Assembly (NCBI GenBank): GCA_907165135.1
Contig: OU015569.1
Coordinates: 7,750,001 to 7,814,000, forward strand
DNA length: 64,000 bases
Source: Oikopleura dioica
Lineage: Eukaryota; Animalia; Chordata
Direction: 5' to 3'
Below, in pieces: positions 1 through 11,773 of this stretch. The stretch's first letter is position 1, and each line of letters opens with the position of its first letter. Under the pieces are notes generated by a model. The model was given only the letters and a program-made list of their open reading frames with translations, was not told the DNA's origin and did no database searches. The position numbers were made by a program, and so were the translations under genes.

Positions 1-562
1 TTTCGTTAAAGCCGTTTCAGAACTGAAAAAGAAATAAGGCAAAGAGAAAACAAGTTCTGCTGGCACTTCCAAAACTGAGCAAAAATAATGGGAAATCTAA
101 CGTTGGGAAGGAAAAACACCCAGCCCATAAGATCAGTGCTTTTAACGGACGCTGGACAAATAGAAGAAACACCACGATCAGGTAGATGAGCTTTTTTATT
201 TGATCCTTTTTACATGTTCTTCTCACGACATATTATTTGAATATTTACAAAGTCGCTCTTAGTTTAAATGTCAAGTAATTTTTTCATTTAAAATGTTTTT
301 TTTTTCTTAAATTTGACCTTTAGTCAAGTTTTAACATTGTTATAAGTATAAACATAAAGCATCCAACAAAAACACCGCGAAGACGACTTAGTGTTAGTCC
401 TGCCAAAGCTGACCCGTCAAATATTCACTAACTTGCGGCGTAATTAGATTAGTTTCAGAGCGACGAGATTCGTATCGAAAGGAGCGTGCACCACCTTTGC
501 TCTACATTAACCGACTAAGCTCAACATTGTCCTCTGACGGTCTCTGTCGCTGTAGAAGCTCT

Positions 563-1189
563 ATGGATCGGGCTTCGAGCTTTTCTTCGCGCGACGATGT
601 CTTCGAAGAAGAGAACAAGTACTGGGCGCTCAAGATCAAAGAACTAGAAAGTTATGACGACTGGGACAAGCAGTACATCTTAGGCATGGGATATATAAAG
701 CACGCGGTAGTTACTGTAACGTCGAATGGAAAAGGAAAATATGCCAGAATTAATCAAACACGCGCTGCTTGTTCATTCCTTTTTCTGATTCACTGCTTCG
801 CGATGCAATTATTCTGAAACGCGAGATGGAAACGGCGCAGTTGATTGAGCTCGGTGCCAATGTCAATTGCAAAACCTTCTCTCAGGTAAACTGATTTGCC
901 AACAATAAGCCAATTTATACGCGATGTAAAACTCAACTACTCTCTGTTCGAAATAAATGCGACTAAAATATTATCATCCTTGCTATCAATGATTTTTCTG
1001 TTTAAGTTTTCACCCGACAACAAGAATGATAGTCAGCTGCATTATGCAGTGAGAACTGGCGATGAACGTATCCTCAAACGCCTTCTGAAAAGTGGTGCCG
1101 ACCCTGTCTCCTGTGGGCATAAAGGAAAAACACCTCTCGATATTTGCGATGATCCAACACTCAGGATACTCCTCAAGGATTTCGCCTGA
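563..1189 (+). CDS. Small ankyrin-repeat protein (multi-exon)
   Basis: ATG at 563 (MDRASSFSSR...). Ankyrin-like segments LRDAIILKREMETAQLIELGANVNCKT and QLHYAVRTGDERILKRLLKSGADPVSCGHKGKTPLDIC. First intron boundary uncertain. Confidence 0.7.
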
Positions 1190-1297
1190 TTAAATTATTC
1201 TTCCGAGCAACTCAATACTTTAGCTGTAATAAACATGAAGCATAAATTGATTTTGTAAATAACCAATTTAGTTTGGGTAGCTTTATTAATGAATTTA

Positions 1298-1777
1298 TTA
1301 CTGAAATTTGGTTTTAATCAAATAAATAATAAACAGTAGGACAACAATTCTGCCGACTCGATTCACATTCTGCTCCATTATATGGACCCTGTCTCGGTAC
1401 TTTTCTTCGGAAAGGATGTCTTCTGCTTTTGTCCCTTTTTTCGTTTCTTTTTTGACGTACTCTTCGTATTTCTTCGAGATAAGATCATTGCCCGCTTCTT
1501 GTTTGATTTTCGCCTTTTCAGCCTGCCGAGTGTAGAATTCCTTCAGTACATTTTCCGACTCGCTGTCCGATTTAACTTTCGTTGCCTCAAACGCTTCGAC
1601 AGTCTTTTGGAAGTCCTCGTGGTTTCCACCTCGATCAGGATGTTGCTCTTTTGCGAGAACTAGAAAGGCTGCACGAATCTCTTCTGCATTTGCTTGCTCA
1701 CTCACTTTCAATATTCGAAAAGCATCTTTTCTACCGATCGACGAAAAGCGATGAGAAGCTCGGATCAAGCGATTCAT
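1298..1777 (-). CDS. DnaJ/J-domain protein with C-terminal hydrophobic segment, possibly mitochondrial; intronless
   Basis: AFRILKVSEQANAEEIRAAFLVLAKEQHPDRGG (HPD motif). Arg/Ser-rich N-terminus MNRLIRASHRFSS. C-terminal IVVLLFIIYLI. Confidence 0.85.
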   Translation of the reverse strand: MNRLIRASHRFSSIGRKDAFRILKVSEQANAEEIRAAFLVLAKEQHPDRGGNHEDFQKTVEAFEATKVKSDSESENVLKEFYTRQAEKAKIKQEAGNDLISKKYEEYVKKETKKGTKAEDILSEEKYRDRVHIMEQNVNRVGRIVVLLFIIYLIKTKFQ

Positions 1778-2204
1778 AATAATCTTAAGCAAAAAATGGG
1801 ATAAACAGGATATTTTCAATTTTTAGCGAGAAATTCATAGTAGAACATGGTATAAGTGAAGGTATTCATGTTTGAAGAAAATAGTACACTCTGTGCGACA
1901 AATGCAATGAACATTAGTGTTAGATAAATTTATTAAATATATTTTAAATAAAGTATGTTAATGAGAAAAAATAAATCGAAAGCTTGACGCTCTTAGGCAT
2001 TGATAGTCGTCCACGCGTTTCGGATTCGTAGACCAGAACTTCTACAGGGAGAAATTTGTAGAAGTACACACTTTTGAGAAACTTAGGACTTTTGCGTTGG
2101 AAATGAATGGTTGCGGCTCGAATAATTTGAAGAAATAATAGGTAGCGAACAGTCGGAGGAAAAGAAATAAGGTAAGAATGATTAATAAGCGGTTAGTATC
2201 TTTG

Positions 2205-4290
2205 CTATTTAGAAGGTTCATGTTTCGGCATGCCCGTATGAGCCCTTAGGGGGGACATATTCGTTTGGAAATGTTAGAAGCTGGACTTTTTGAAAGGCGT
2301 ACAGGTATTTGTCTTGGTTTTTTTTGCAGTTGTCCCGACGCAGTCCGTGGAACCTCATTTCGTTGAGCGAATGTTTGTAGAGAGCGTCATCAATGCTGAA
2401 AACTGTTAGCAGAGTCGCTAATTGTCTGCCCTACCTGATCTCGCTCCGAATTATCCTCGCTTGCTCGAGAGTGACCGCCATTCCAGTGCGGTCCTTTCCA
2501 GACTTGCAGTTGATAATACGGCCTCCCTTGAGCGAGCGGGTAATTTCGGCAGCAATGCGATGTATCTCTACGTTTTTCTTCTTTTTCATCGTCTCGTAGA
2601 GTCGGATCTCTTCGGCAAGTTGCTGAAATGGACCGTTGAGAAGCACATTTGCTTGCTCCTCGCAATGAAGCTCTGAACACAATATCAAAACGGTGGAGTA
2701 GATCAGTTACATACCAATCCAATGATAAAGTCTATTCAAACTAAAACTATTGATGGCATTTATCAGGGGAGAAGGCTTGTTGCGAATGTCCTGGAGCTCC
2801 TGTCTTTCATTGATACCGATGTTGAACATAATCGGCACACATTTGAAGACAACGTTGTTTGACCCTTGGAGAATCTCTTGGGAGACAGGGACATAGACTC
2901 GTGGGCTCTGGCGGTCTCCTTCTATGCGAAACTCGACGATGTCGGCACTGAGGACGAATCGAACATGTTCAAGAAAGAAATGCACAGCAAATGCGTAGTC
3001 CGCAAGCATACCCGTCTCCTTGCCGCTCTCGGAAAGAAGGGACTCAAAATTTAGTATAAGACCTGTCTTCTGCAGTTCCTTGAGTTCCTGGAGGTTTCGG
3101 GATGCCACCACTAATAAGGGTCAGATATGTAAGCACGAATGCCTTGCCTGTCATAACAGAAGCTGTCGCGATCGTCAGTATCTGCGAACAGACATTGTCT
3201 AAGCGCTGTTGATCCGAGTCTGTGATGAGAACTGAGAATGCGCGAAAGACGAGAAATTCAAGGCACTTGGAGTAGGTGGAGAAAAGGTTCGTTTTTGCCT
3301 CCGTCAGAAAGACACTCTCGTCAGGCGCTTGGCGAGCGTTGCGCAAGTGACTTACGCATTTCATCGCGCTTTCTTTCACCTCGTCTACAAGACCACCGTC
3401 GCTTTCGCTGATGATAGACTGGCGGACGTTGTGAAGAAGAACCTGGCACTGAGAAATGAACACGTCTAAACATCCCTCGCCTGAGCGCATCTGCTGGAGG
3501 CCGCTTGTGACGTCGCCCCACGATTCTTTTAGGTTCACAATCGCAGTTCTAGCTAAAAAATAAACTTTACCTTTTTCGTTACTTTTTAAAGTACCTTTGC
3601 AGTGGCGCTCATAGGTGAGACTGAACATTTTGCTGCCGAATTCCTCTTCCGTGTCAAGCTTCGCAACAGACATAATATTCCAGAGACCATTGTCGCGGAA
3701 GCCTTTTGTATGAGCGGCAGCGGCGCCACAAGATGTAGTAAGCCAAACTCTGTTCTCCAGCGTGAACTTCTGTATGTGCACATTGATCCCTAGAAACTCC
3801 TGGTCTTTGATCTCGCGATCTTTCGAGCGTTTAAAATAACGCTTGTGGACAAGCGGAAACGCTGCAGTATCCTCACTCGCCGTTTTGTAGTAATTCATCC
3901 GGTTCTCGACCTCAAGGGCACATTTGGTAAAGTGGTCGTAGTTTCCATTCACGTCTTGGAAGATAGAATGGAATCTTAACAAAGTGAATAACTGCCGTAT
4001 ATGTTTTATCTACCTAGCATCGTCCACTTTGCATAACTGTATATACTGCACAGCAAGCAATGGACAGCACTTGAGCTCCGACATCTCCTCCGAATAGCTT
4101 GCGAGAATTTCATTGTTCTTTCTAACTTTAAAATGCTTCTGCAACTTGTTGATAGTCTGTTCTTCCAGCCAAGTCAGCCGCTGCTGCGCTTCATCACTCC
4201 CATCTTCCATCTAAACGAAAAGACGCTCAAATAGTATAATGAATGATATGGACCATATCATATGGTAGTTGAATATTTTATCTGCACGCA
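2205..4290 (-). CDS. INPP4: Inositol polyphosphate 4-phosphatase (INPP4A/B-like)
   Basis: Catalytic CX5R motif [16 protein letters not shown]; FESLLS; [11 protein letters not shown]; C-terminal [17 protein letters not shown], stop at 2205. Includes a 37-nt GC-AG intron at 3111-3147. 5' end approximate. Confidence 0.9.
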
Positions 4291-4391
4291 TTGTGCAAAC
4301 GTTTTTGTATAGGTATGTTCGGATGAAGAATTCTGAAGTGAACTTGAAGAATCAGAGACGAAAGCAGATAATAAGAAAGAACTAGAAAATG

Positions 4392-7300
4392 CTAGCGAAT
4401 GGAACTGAATTGGTAGTGGAGGAATTTATAGGCAGCCTCGATTTGGGGGGTTTCTTGAATTACAGAATCTCCTAGCTCGTAAGAGAGGCCTTCTTCATGA
4501 AATAGCTTGCGATGTCGCTGACCTTAATGAGTTTCGTCAACATCCAATACGAGAAGAATCATTCTTACCGTAAATAGATTGAGAGGGGTGTTCCTCCGGA
4601 TCCAGCTTGATGGCATCGAATGAGTATTCTTGGCTTCCTTCTCTGAAAAGGACTCGAGAGTTTTTTCCAAGATCATCCCCAGATAACGCGCAAGTCGCAC
4701 CAGGTAATCCGCCAACAATAGCTCTCCTCCGTGTTTGGGCTAATTCGGCCTGCTGCGCAAAGCGTCCACTTTCAGAGATGCGGCTCATCTGTACCAGATT
4801 CGTAACATCCCTCGTTGTCGAGTCAAGTATTGAAGTAACAAGTTGCTTCATCGGACCAAAGGGCACATCTACGAAAGATATGTTAATCGTCGTGCACATT
4901 TACAGAAAAAGTGTACATACCATCAAATGTGCTAGAATTGAAGAAAGCAATGAAAGCTTGAACTGTTTTTGACATTGGAACATGTCCGAGGAGACCACAA
5001 AAAGCACGCGGTAAGTAAACTTGCAAGTCTTCAATTTCCATATCGTTGAAGATATCAAAAACGGCGAGAAAGAGTCGTTCTCTGTCAGCTGCAAGATTAA
5101 CGCAGTGTATATTTGTGTGGTGATAATTAACTTACATGGTGGAACTAAAGAAGACGTCCGTTGTACAAAAGCCAAGAAGATGTCGAGATTTTTCGAAAAT
5201 TTAGAGCTGTCATGTCGGAGCTGTGAAAGGAGAATTTCGCTCGTCTTCTCGTAATTCTGGGCTTTCTCATAGAGCACCGCTTTAGCGCTCTTGTTAGAAG
5301 ATGTCACAAGAACTGGCTCAATCAATGCCGTATCAAAGTCTTCATGTGCTCTTAATTTATCGAAGATGACCCGACTTCGACTCTGTACACGAAATTAATA
5401 ATAAATTTTAATATTAAAGCATCTCCTGATTCGGTGAGGACGTCAATCAGTTCGCTAGCATTTGAATCGATTAAGTGCTTAACAATTTTTTTAAAGTAAG
5501 GAGCTAGAAGTTAAAAAAGAAAAAGCGTAGCTAAGTTAACTAAATTTAGTAAATATTATTTGTGCCTACTTGAAGCAGTACTAACGGTATATAATTTTAA
5601 TTGTTTGTATGTACCTTGATGTATTGTAAAAAGAATGGCGAGTTTCTAGGAAGCTCTCTTGTTGGAAGGAAACACTCACGAAAAAAATCGTGTAGCGCGT
5701 CGTCACTCAAGTTTGAAGCAATGGCGGCAAGCTCCTCTCCATAATATGTAATGCACAACGTCACAACTTCAGACGGAACTTCTCCAAATAAAAGGGACAG
5801 TCTGGTGAGAACTTTGGCTTTAAAATAGCCATCGTACGTCAGTGATGACATGACCCGTTCAATATATCTGACGATTTCTCTAGGTTTCTCAAACTTCTCC
5901 AAAGCCATCATCGCACTCACATAGTCTTCGTTTTTGAATGCTATCTTATGAGCGATTCTTTCAAAGGGATTTCAAAGTTTTTCTAATCTTTCTATATTTG
6001 TTCGACTTAAAATGTGTCCCGATCCTATAAAACTTAGTTTTGATCATGAGACGCTGTATTCTTTTTGGTGTCATTTGGTTCAATTTCCCAGAGTCGTAGA
6101 GTAACTCGCAAATTCGCTCTCGTTCTTCCATGTTATCACCGGACTTGTTTGTAAGAAAATCGACAATCTCATCGATCTGCAGCTTATCGACATGTATCTT
6201 TGCGTTTTTGGCGATCTGCTGGCCCAAGAACAAGAGAACAAGTTCCCGCTCTCTCTTGCCAACGATCGACGTCAGCTTTAATAATACATCTATCAGTTTT
6301 TGAGCCTCTTGATCTCTTTATTGCGGCTAGCAGGCGAAAAGTAATGAACATTAAATTTTATATCTCAACAAAAAAGGAGTAGTTAGATGCCGCCGTTCAA
6401 CACTTTCAAGTAAAAAAAAAACTACCAGTTTTTCTGTAAAAAACATTGAAATAAAAAAAGATACATGAGTCATGTAACATGACTTTTTGGAACTAGCATC
6501 GAATCAAATTAAATATAATTATTTCCAAGGCGCTCTAGCCCACTACCTGAGGTACTCGATGGAGTCTCCAAGCGACTTGAATAATTTAATGCCCACACGT
6601 TTTAACAAAATTCTCAAAAGCGGGTAGTTGCGTTCGCTACTGACATATTCCATCAACAGCAGGGTGAAAACCTTTTCGCGAACTTTTTCGGGCTGATCCA
6701 AGGGCGCTTTAGACGGGTATTCAACTCCTTTCAGACAACAAGATAAGTACTTATTCGTGGCCGATAAAAGTGAACTATTCAGAAGGATGATGGTTTGCGC
6801 TTTAGATTTAATGTATGTTGACACAAAGCCACGCAAAATCAACCTTGCCTAGGAGGATCGCTTGATTCAAGAACAAATTGAAGAGGTTCCTCAAAGTTTT
6901 CAAGAACATAATTATAAAGTATGATTCTTCCTTCCCAGCAGCCATGCTCTTTGAAAAGTCGGAGCAATTCGTTGACATTGAGGCTTTCTCGGTCGACACA
7001 GCGGATAAGCTTCGTAAATTCTGAGATTTTTCCTTTCTCGTCCATCCATGCTATTAGTTGCGAGAGAAGAGACGGTCGAATCGCTGTAAACTCGCCAATT
7101 TTCACAATATCCTGCAAAGCCGTAAAGAAAACGTCTCTAGAACTGCTTCCTTTTTGCGCAAAGAGCTCAACTATAGACACGACGGGTTGTTCAGCCGCTC
7201 CGATTGATTCACTCAGAAATTCATGTAAATCTGACCGAACGCATGCCGCCAAAACAAAAGTCGCTATTGAGTAGTCATCGTTTTCGCAGTTTTTGAGCTC

Positions 7301-8776
7301 TTTCTCAATCAGCTTTGGAAGCAGCTTCACAAGAGCAGATTTGATATTTGATTGAGCTTTGAATGCATCGCCAAGTCCGATTACGCCCTTCATCAATGGT
7401 CATCAAATTTTATTAATAAAAAATCAATATTGCAAGTTGACTACTCACAGTTGTCAGAATCTTTCAGCTAAACGAAATGGTCCATTTGGTAACCTTTCCT
7501 TGATCTGGCCAGTCGCAAGGCTCAAAACAAACTTGACGGCTTCCTTCATGGAGTTCTTGTTCTTTATTTTAACAATTCGCTCGTTCCAGTCACGCATGCG
7601 AACGGAGAATAAATCGCCCATTTTGTCTTGGAATAAGATGTTGCTATTCGTTACGTAGGGGCTGAATGATTTGAGAGAAATGTTCTCATCGCAAATTTTA
7701 TTGTACATCGGCGTGGGGCTCTCATCGTTGTAGATGTAAAGTTTATAGGGAGGTGTACAGTCTGGAGATGCAAGAACCAGCTTCAGCGAGGTCTGCGGGA
7801 CTATAGAAACGAAACTAACTATTTCATCTAATTGTATGGAGCGCAACACAACCCACTGAGCGAATTGGGCGAAACGGAAGATGGTTATTTGTTGATTGTG
7901 GCCAAGTATCAGTTCAGGGTCGTTTTCTTCTCCTAAATGCCAGCTAGCGTAGAGTGCGTTGTGGTGACGCGTGAGATGGGGAAAGGAGAGCTCGAAATCA
8001 GAGTTCTCAAGCGTTTTCGAAATTGGTCGAGCTATGAGTTTCTGTGGCGTTAGTACTGCCATAAGAGGGCGGCGATAAAGAGGAGAGGTCGCTTCATAAG
8101 ATTGGAATATTCTTGGTGGGTTCACCATTTCTCCTTTGACAAGTTGGAAAACGTCCGTGCTTCGCTTGGTGATTATCTTCGTGAATTCTAGCATACTTAC
8201 AGAACTCGAGTCGGAGCAAATGCCTTGAATATTCTGCTCGTTCGTAAAAGACAGCAGCTGCACTCGAGCAGTTCTTATCGCGTGGCAGTCGCTTGGTAAC
8301 TTTCTCAGTTGTTTGAAATTGCCCAAGTCGTACATGAACACTTGTCCTTTTGCAAAGCCGATTAGCAGCCGACGCTGGTCATGTGAAATGTCCAACGCGC
8401 TCACATCAGCATTTCCCTTCGCGTTTGAGATCGTGCCGAGATGTTCGAAGTCTGATTGCGCGAAAACTAGCACGTCAGAAAGATTAGTTCCCAAGATCAG
8501 GTAAGATTCACTGGCTGCGATGGAAGTGATTCGCGCCGACGGGAGCACTTCTGCCAGACGAGCAGCATAATTCACTTTCGAAATGTTGAGCAGGTCTTCT
8601 TCTACCTCGCATTCCGTTATGAGGAAGGCTTCCCTGATCTTCTCAAGCTCGGTCTCCTCTGAGAAATCGTTGAGTTCATGATCAGCTTCAGAAGAAACTT
8701 CAAAGTCATCAGTCGGGATCAAAAAGCTCTCGACAGGTTTGAGCTCATCCAGCTCGTCAACGCTAAACGATTCCAT
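4392..8776 (-). CDS. VPS8: Vacuolar protein sorting 8 homolog (CORVET subunit)
   Basis: N-terminal WD40-like region (ITSIAASESYLILGTN; VSALDISHDQRRLLIGFAKGQVFMYDL) followed by about 3 kb of helical-repeat exons. Family assignment from recalled similarity. Confidence 0.75.
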
Positions 8777-9224
8777 ATCTTGCGAATTAGCAGCCCATTC
8801 TTAACTCTCTGCATATAAATTCTAAATTCAAATACAATAAAATCCTTAGAAATTCATAATAGCACGAGCGTATTCAAAAATATGAAAACCGCGAAAGCTA
8901 AAACTGGCAATGAACGAGAACAGTGTGCAATGAGAGAAAAAAAAGCGCCAAATATATCAGCAAGTAGGAAACGCTTTAGCTTAACTTAAGTTATAAACCT
9001 TTCTAAATCACTCATAGTATTGATTTGCTCGTGCAATCCAGGAACGATCGGATCATTATTTTTAGCCGCAAATTTTCCGAAGTGCTGCCGAAGGCTTTCC
9101 AGCGCGCGTTTTGTAACAATTTTCGTTAGCTCTTCTTTACTAAGCTCAGCCTTAAAAACGAATAAAAGTGAACCTTCGCAAAGAAATACTTGTTGCTCGG
9201 TCGACTCTTTTAGTAGAAGCTTTG

Positions 9225-9908
9225 TCATTTGCCTTGGCAAAGAAACATTGCTCTTGTCCAGTCGCTGGAAACACTCTTGGACTCTTGCTTTTTCTTCGTG
9301 AGTCGTTCCTTCGTTTTGAAAATTTCGTCCTCACGTATTTTTATGTTCTCGATGTAGCGCGTTACTTTGTCTATCATTTCATTTTGAAGCTGATTTTTCT
9401 CTCTCTGTCCTGCTCTTCTCGCCAGCGAATGTGACAATCTCGACAAAGGAGCTCTATAAATAGGGCTCGGGCCGTGGGATTTTGCGTCACTGCATACCTA
9501 CTTTATCGTCGATTTTCTGCTGAATGAAGAACGGAGCGAAATCGGTGCGGCATTTCGCACAAATGGAATGCATCGAGTAATCAGAATCACAATCAGTCTC
9601 CATTTCTTCATTTTCTTCTCGGTTTTTCGCGGCACCTTCGCCATTCACTCTTTTGACAACTAAATACGAATGTTTTGAATCCGTTGTCCGAAAAAAGGAT
9701 TCACCAGGAAACGATAGCTTTGCCTGAAATTACCTTGCTCGAGTCCGAAATTGGAACTAAATCCATTAGGAGTGAAAATGTCCAAAACTGGAAAAAGAGG
9801 AGGAGGCGGAAGATTGACTCGGGTGAATTCTGAATCGTAGAGTTCCTGTGCATATTGCTGCGACGCCTTTGTCAGCCCGTGATTGATAATTCTAGACAAG
9901 TGATCCAT
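9225..9908 (-). CDS. GATA-like CxxC..CxxC zinc-finger protein, GATAD2/p66 CR2-like; apparent frameshift near 9400
   Basis: Spliced reading FGLEQVV...ICAKCRTDF...LLCRDCH followed by a coiled-coil-like segment, resembling the GATAD2 CR2 pattern. ATG at 9908 follows ttttttag|aa. 3' end uncertain. Confidence 0.45.
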
Positions 9909-10121
9909 TTCTAAAAAAAGCAAGCGTCAGGGAATATTAGGTAAATAGGATTTTTGATGAAGAAAAGGGACACGAATGAAGAAAGGATGACAACAGGATA
10001 TTATCAATTGTGAAAACATTGACATATAAAGTATTTTTTTTTATCAAAGAACTAGAATATTGCAAACTAAACGTAATTGAAGGCGAGAAGAAACGAAAAA
10101 AAAAACATGATTACAGTAAGC

Positions 10122-11552
10122 TCATTCCTCGAGCCTGTTGATAAGGTCTTCGTTGAAATTGGTGAGTCGCTTTCTGCCAGAGCTAATGTTGGAGTCGATT
10201 GAAGCAAAGAAATCGCTCAGCGATTTGTCGCGAACTTCTTCTTTAACGGAAGCGTCTTTTCTACTCTTCGTTGCTGAATTATCAGCAGCTCCAGTCGACT
10301 GGATGGCTTTCTGGCCAGGGTCATGAAAAATTGGTGGATTCGTGGTGGATTAGCGCTCCTTGCACCTCGCGCTCCACTGCGCCGCGGGGGAGTGAAAGCA
10401 AAATCCACCGCGGCCCGGTGGATGATTTTCACTTTTACCTTGGGTAGTTCATTCCTGCGCCAAGCTTGGAGCGCCCTATTTCCTCGCTTGTGCTTTACGC
10501 ACTCTAAAGGGTCACTCGAAAGTGATAGAGCTCGCCAAAATCTCGGTGGGTGCACTCTGACCTACTGTCCGAAATCAGATGCAAATAATACCGTGTGATT
10601 TACACAAATATATTCCTGGAAGCGAAAAGCTTCCTTTTTGAGAACAATTTCGAGGATTTATAGACTTTTGTTCTAATCGAGCAGAGGTCTTCCGCACATC
10701 AGTAAAAGTATTTCTGATTATTTTTGGTGGCAGCACCAATGTTAGTGGTGGAGAAATGACGTCATCGTCAATTTTCCTATGATTTTAGTGCATTTTGACT
10801 ATCTGGTTTCTCCACCACCACTGATGGTGCTGTCACTTAATCATTATTTAACACACGACAGACCTTCTTTAACAAGGTCCAAAAGAGAGATTCAAAATAT
10901 CTCGACTCTAAGGTACTCAAAACCGCTCCACAGTTGAGGAGCAGTCTTAAAAAAAACTGTTAAAGTAATACTTGATATTCAATAATTTAAAATATTTTGG
11001 AAATGATAATAAGCATTCTTATTTCATATAAAATTATCATGAAGACAATAAATTTCTGAAAAATATATAAAATTTTCGAGATCCACCGGCCCCGGTGGAT
11101 CCACTGGTGGATGGTGGATCGACTATCCACCGGGCCGCGGTGGATTTTGCTTTCACTCCCCAGCGGCGCAGTGGAGCGCGAAATGCGAGAAGCGTTAATC
11201 CACCACGAATCCACCAATTTTTCATGACCCTGTTTCTGGCCCCTTAGAAGTGGAACTTTGATCACTTTTCCGGACGTGAGTTCTGGGTCGTAGCAAAGAA
11301 AGCGATTGTGGCTCTTTAGCACTTCGACTGAAGTTGAGAATTTGATCGCAACGCCAGTGATTGTCTCGCCTGAACGATAGCGTGGGAAGAGTGACGAGGG
11401 AAACTCATACCTTCAGAAACTGCGTAGTCGACGAGATCCACTTCTTTCGCTTTTCCCATTGCAGATCCAAGGTAGGCGCGTTGACTGACTGTTCCATAGT
11501 TTCTTTCTTTGTGCGAACCGAAGGACAGTAAAGACATACTTTCGCCCTCCAT
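10122..11552 (-). CDS. LYSMD1/2: LysM-domain protein (LYSMD1/2-like), coding exon interrupted by a MITE
   Basis: After a 41-nt GT-AG intron (11370-11410): DYAVSEGETITGVAIKFSTSVEVLKSHNRF...KVIKVP (LysM). C-terminal SLSDFFASIDSNI resembles the LYSMD1/2 tail. Frame is continuous once the insertion and one TSD copy are removed. Confidence 0.85.
10316..11232. mobile_element. 917-bp non-autonomous hAT-type MITE
   Basis: About 108-bp near-identical TIRs (10316-10423 and 11125-11232) starting CAGGGTCATGAAAAA. Exact 8-bp TSD TTTCTGGC (10308-10315 and 11233-11240). Subterminal GGTGGA/TCCACC repeats. No transposase ORF. Confidence 0.93.
10727..10836. repeat. Internal ~110-bp imperfect inverted repeat within the hAT MITE
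   Basis: cagcaccaatgttagtggtggagaaa ... tttctccaccaccactgatggtgctg. No clear TSD. Confidence 0.6.
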
Positions 11553-11773
11553 TTAAATTCTCTTAAAAACCTTTTTAAATCGATGAATTTAAAGGCTAAT
11601 TTTAAAACTAAGTTAAAAATATTGGCGATGGCACAGAATTGATCAAGAGATAGGAAGGTTTCAATCACAGCTCGAATTAGAAATATATTAGGGATCATTC
11701 GTTTTAGAAGTAAAGCAAAATTGAAGAAGTAAGGAACATGCGGAGAATTAATCGTGGCAATAATTAATCAGAA

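Noticed and set aside
10323-11225. Two similar ORFs beginning MKNWWIRGGL on opposite strands
   Set aside because: They are translations of the two TIRs of the hAT MITE, not a gene duplication.
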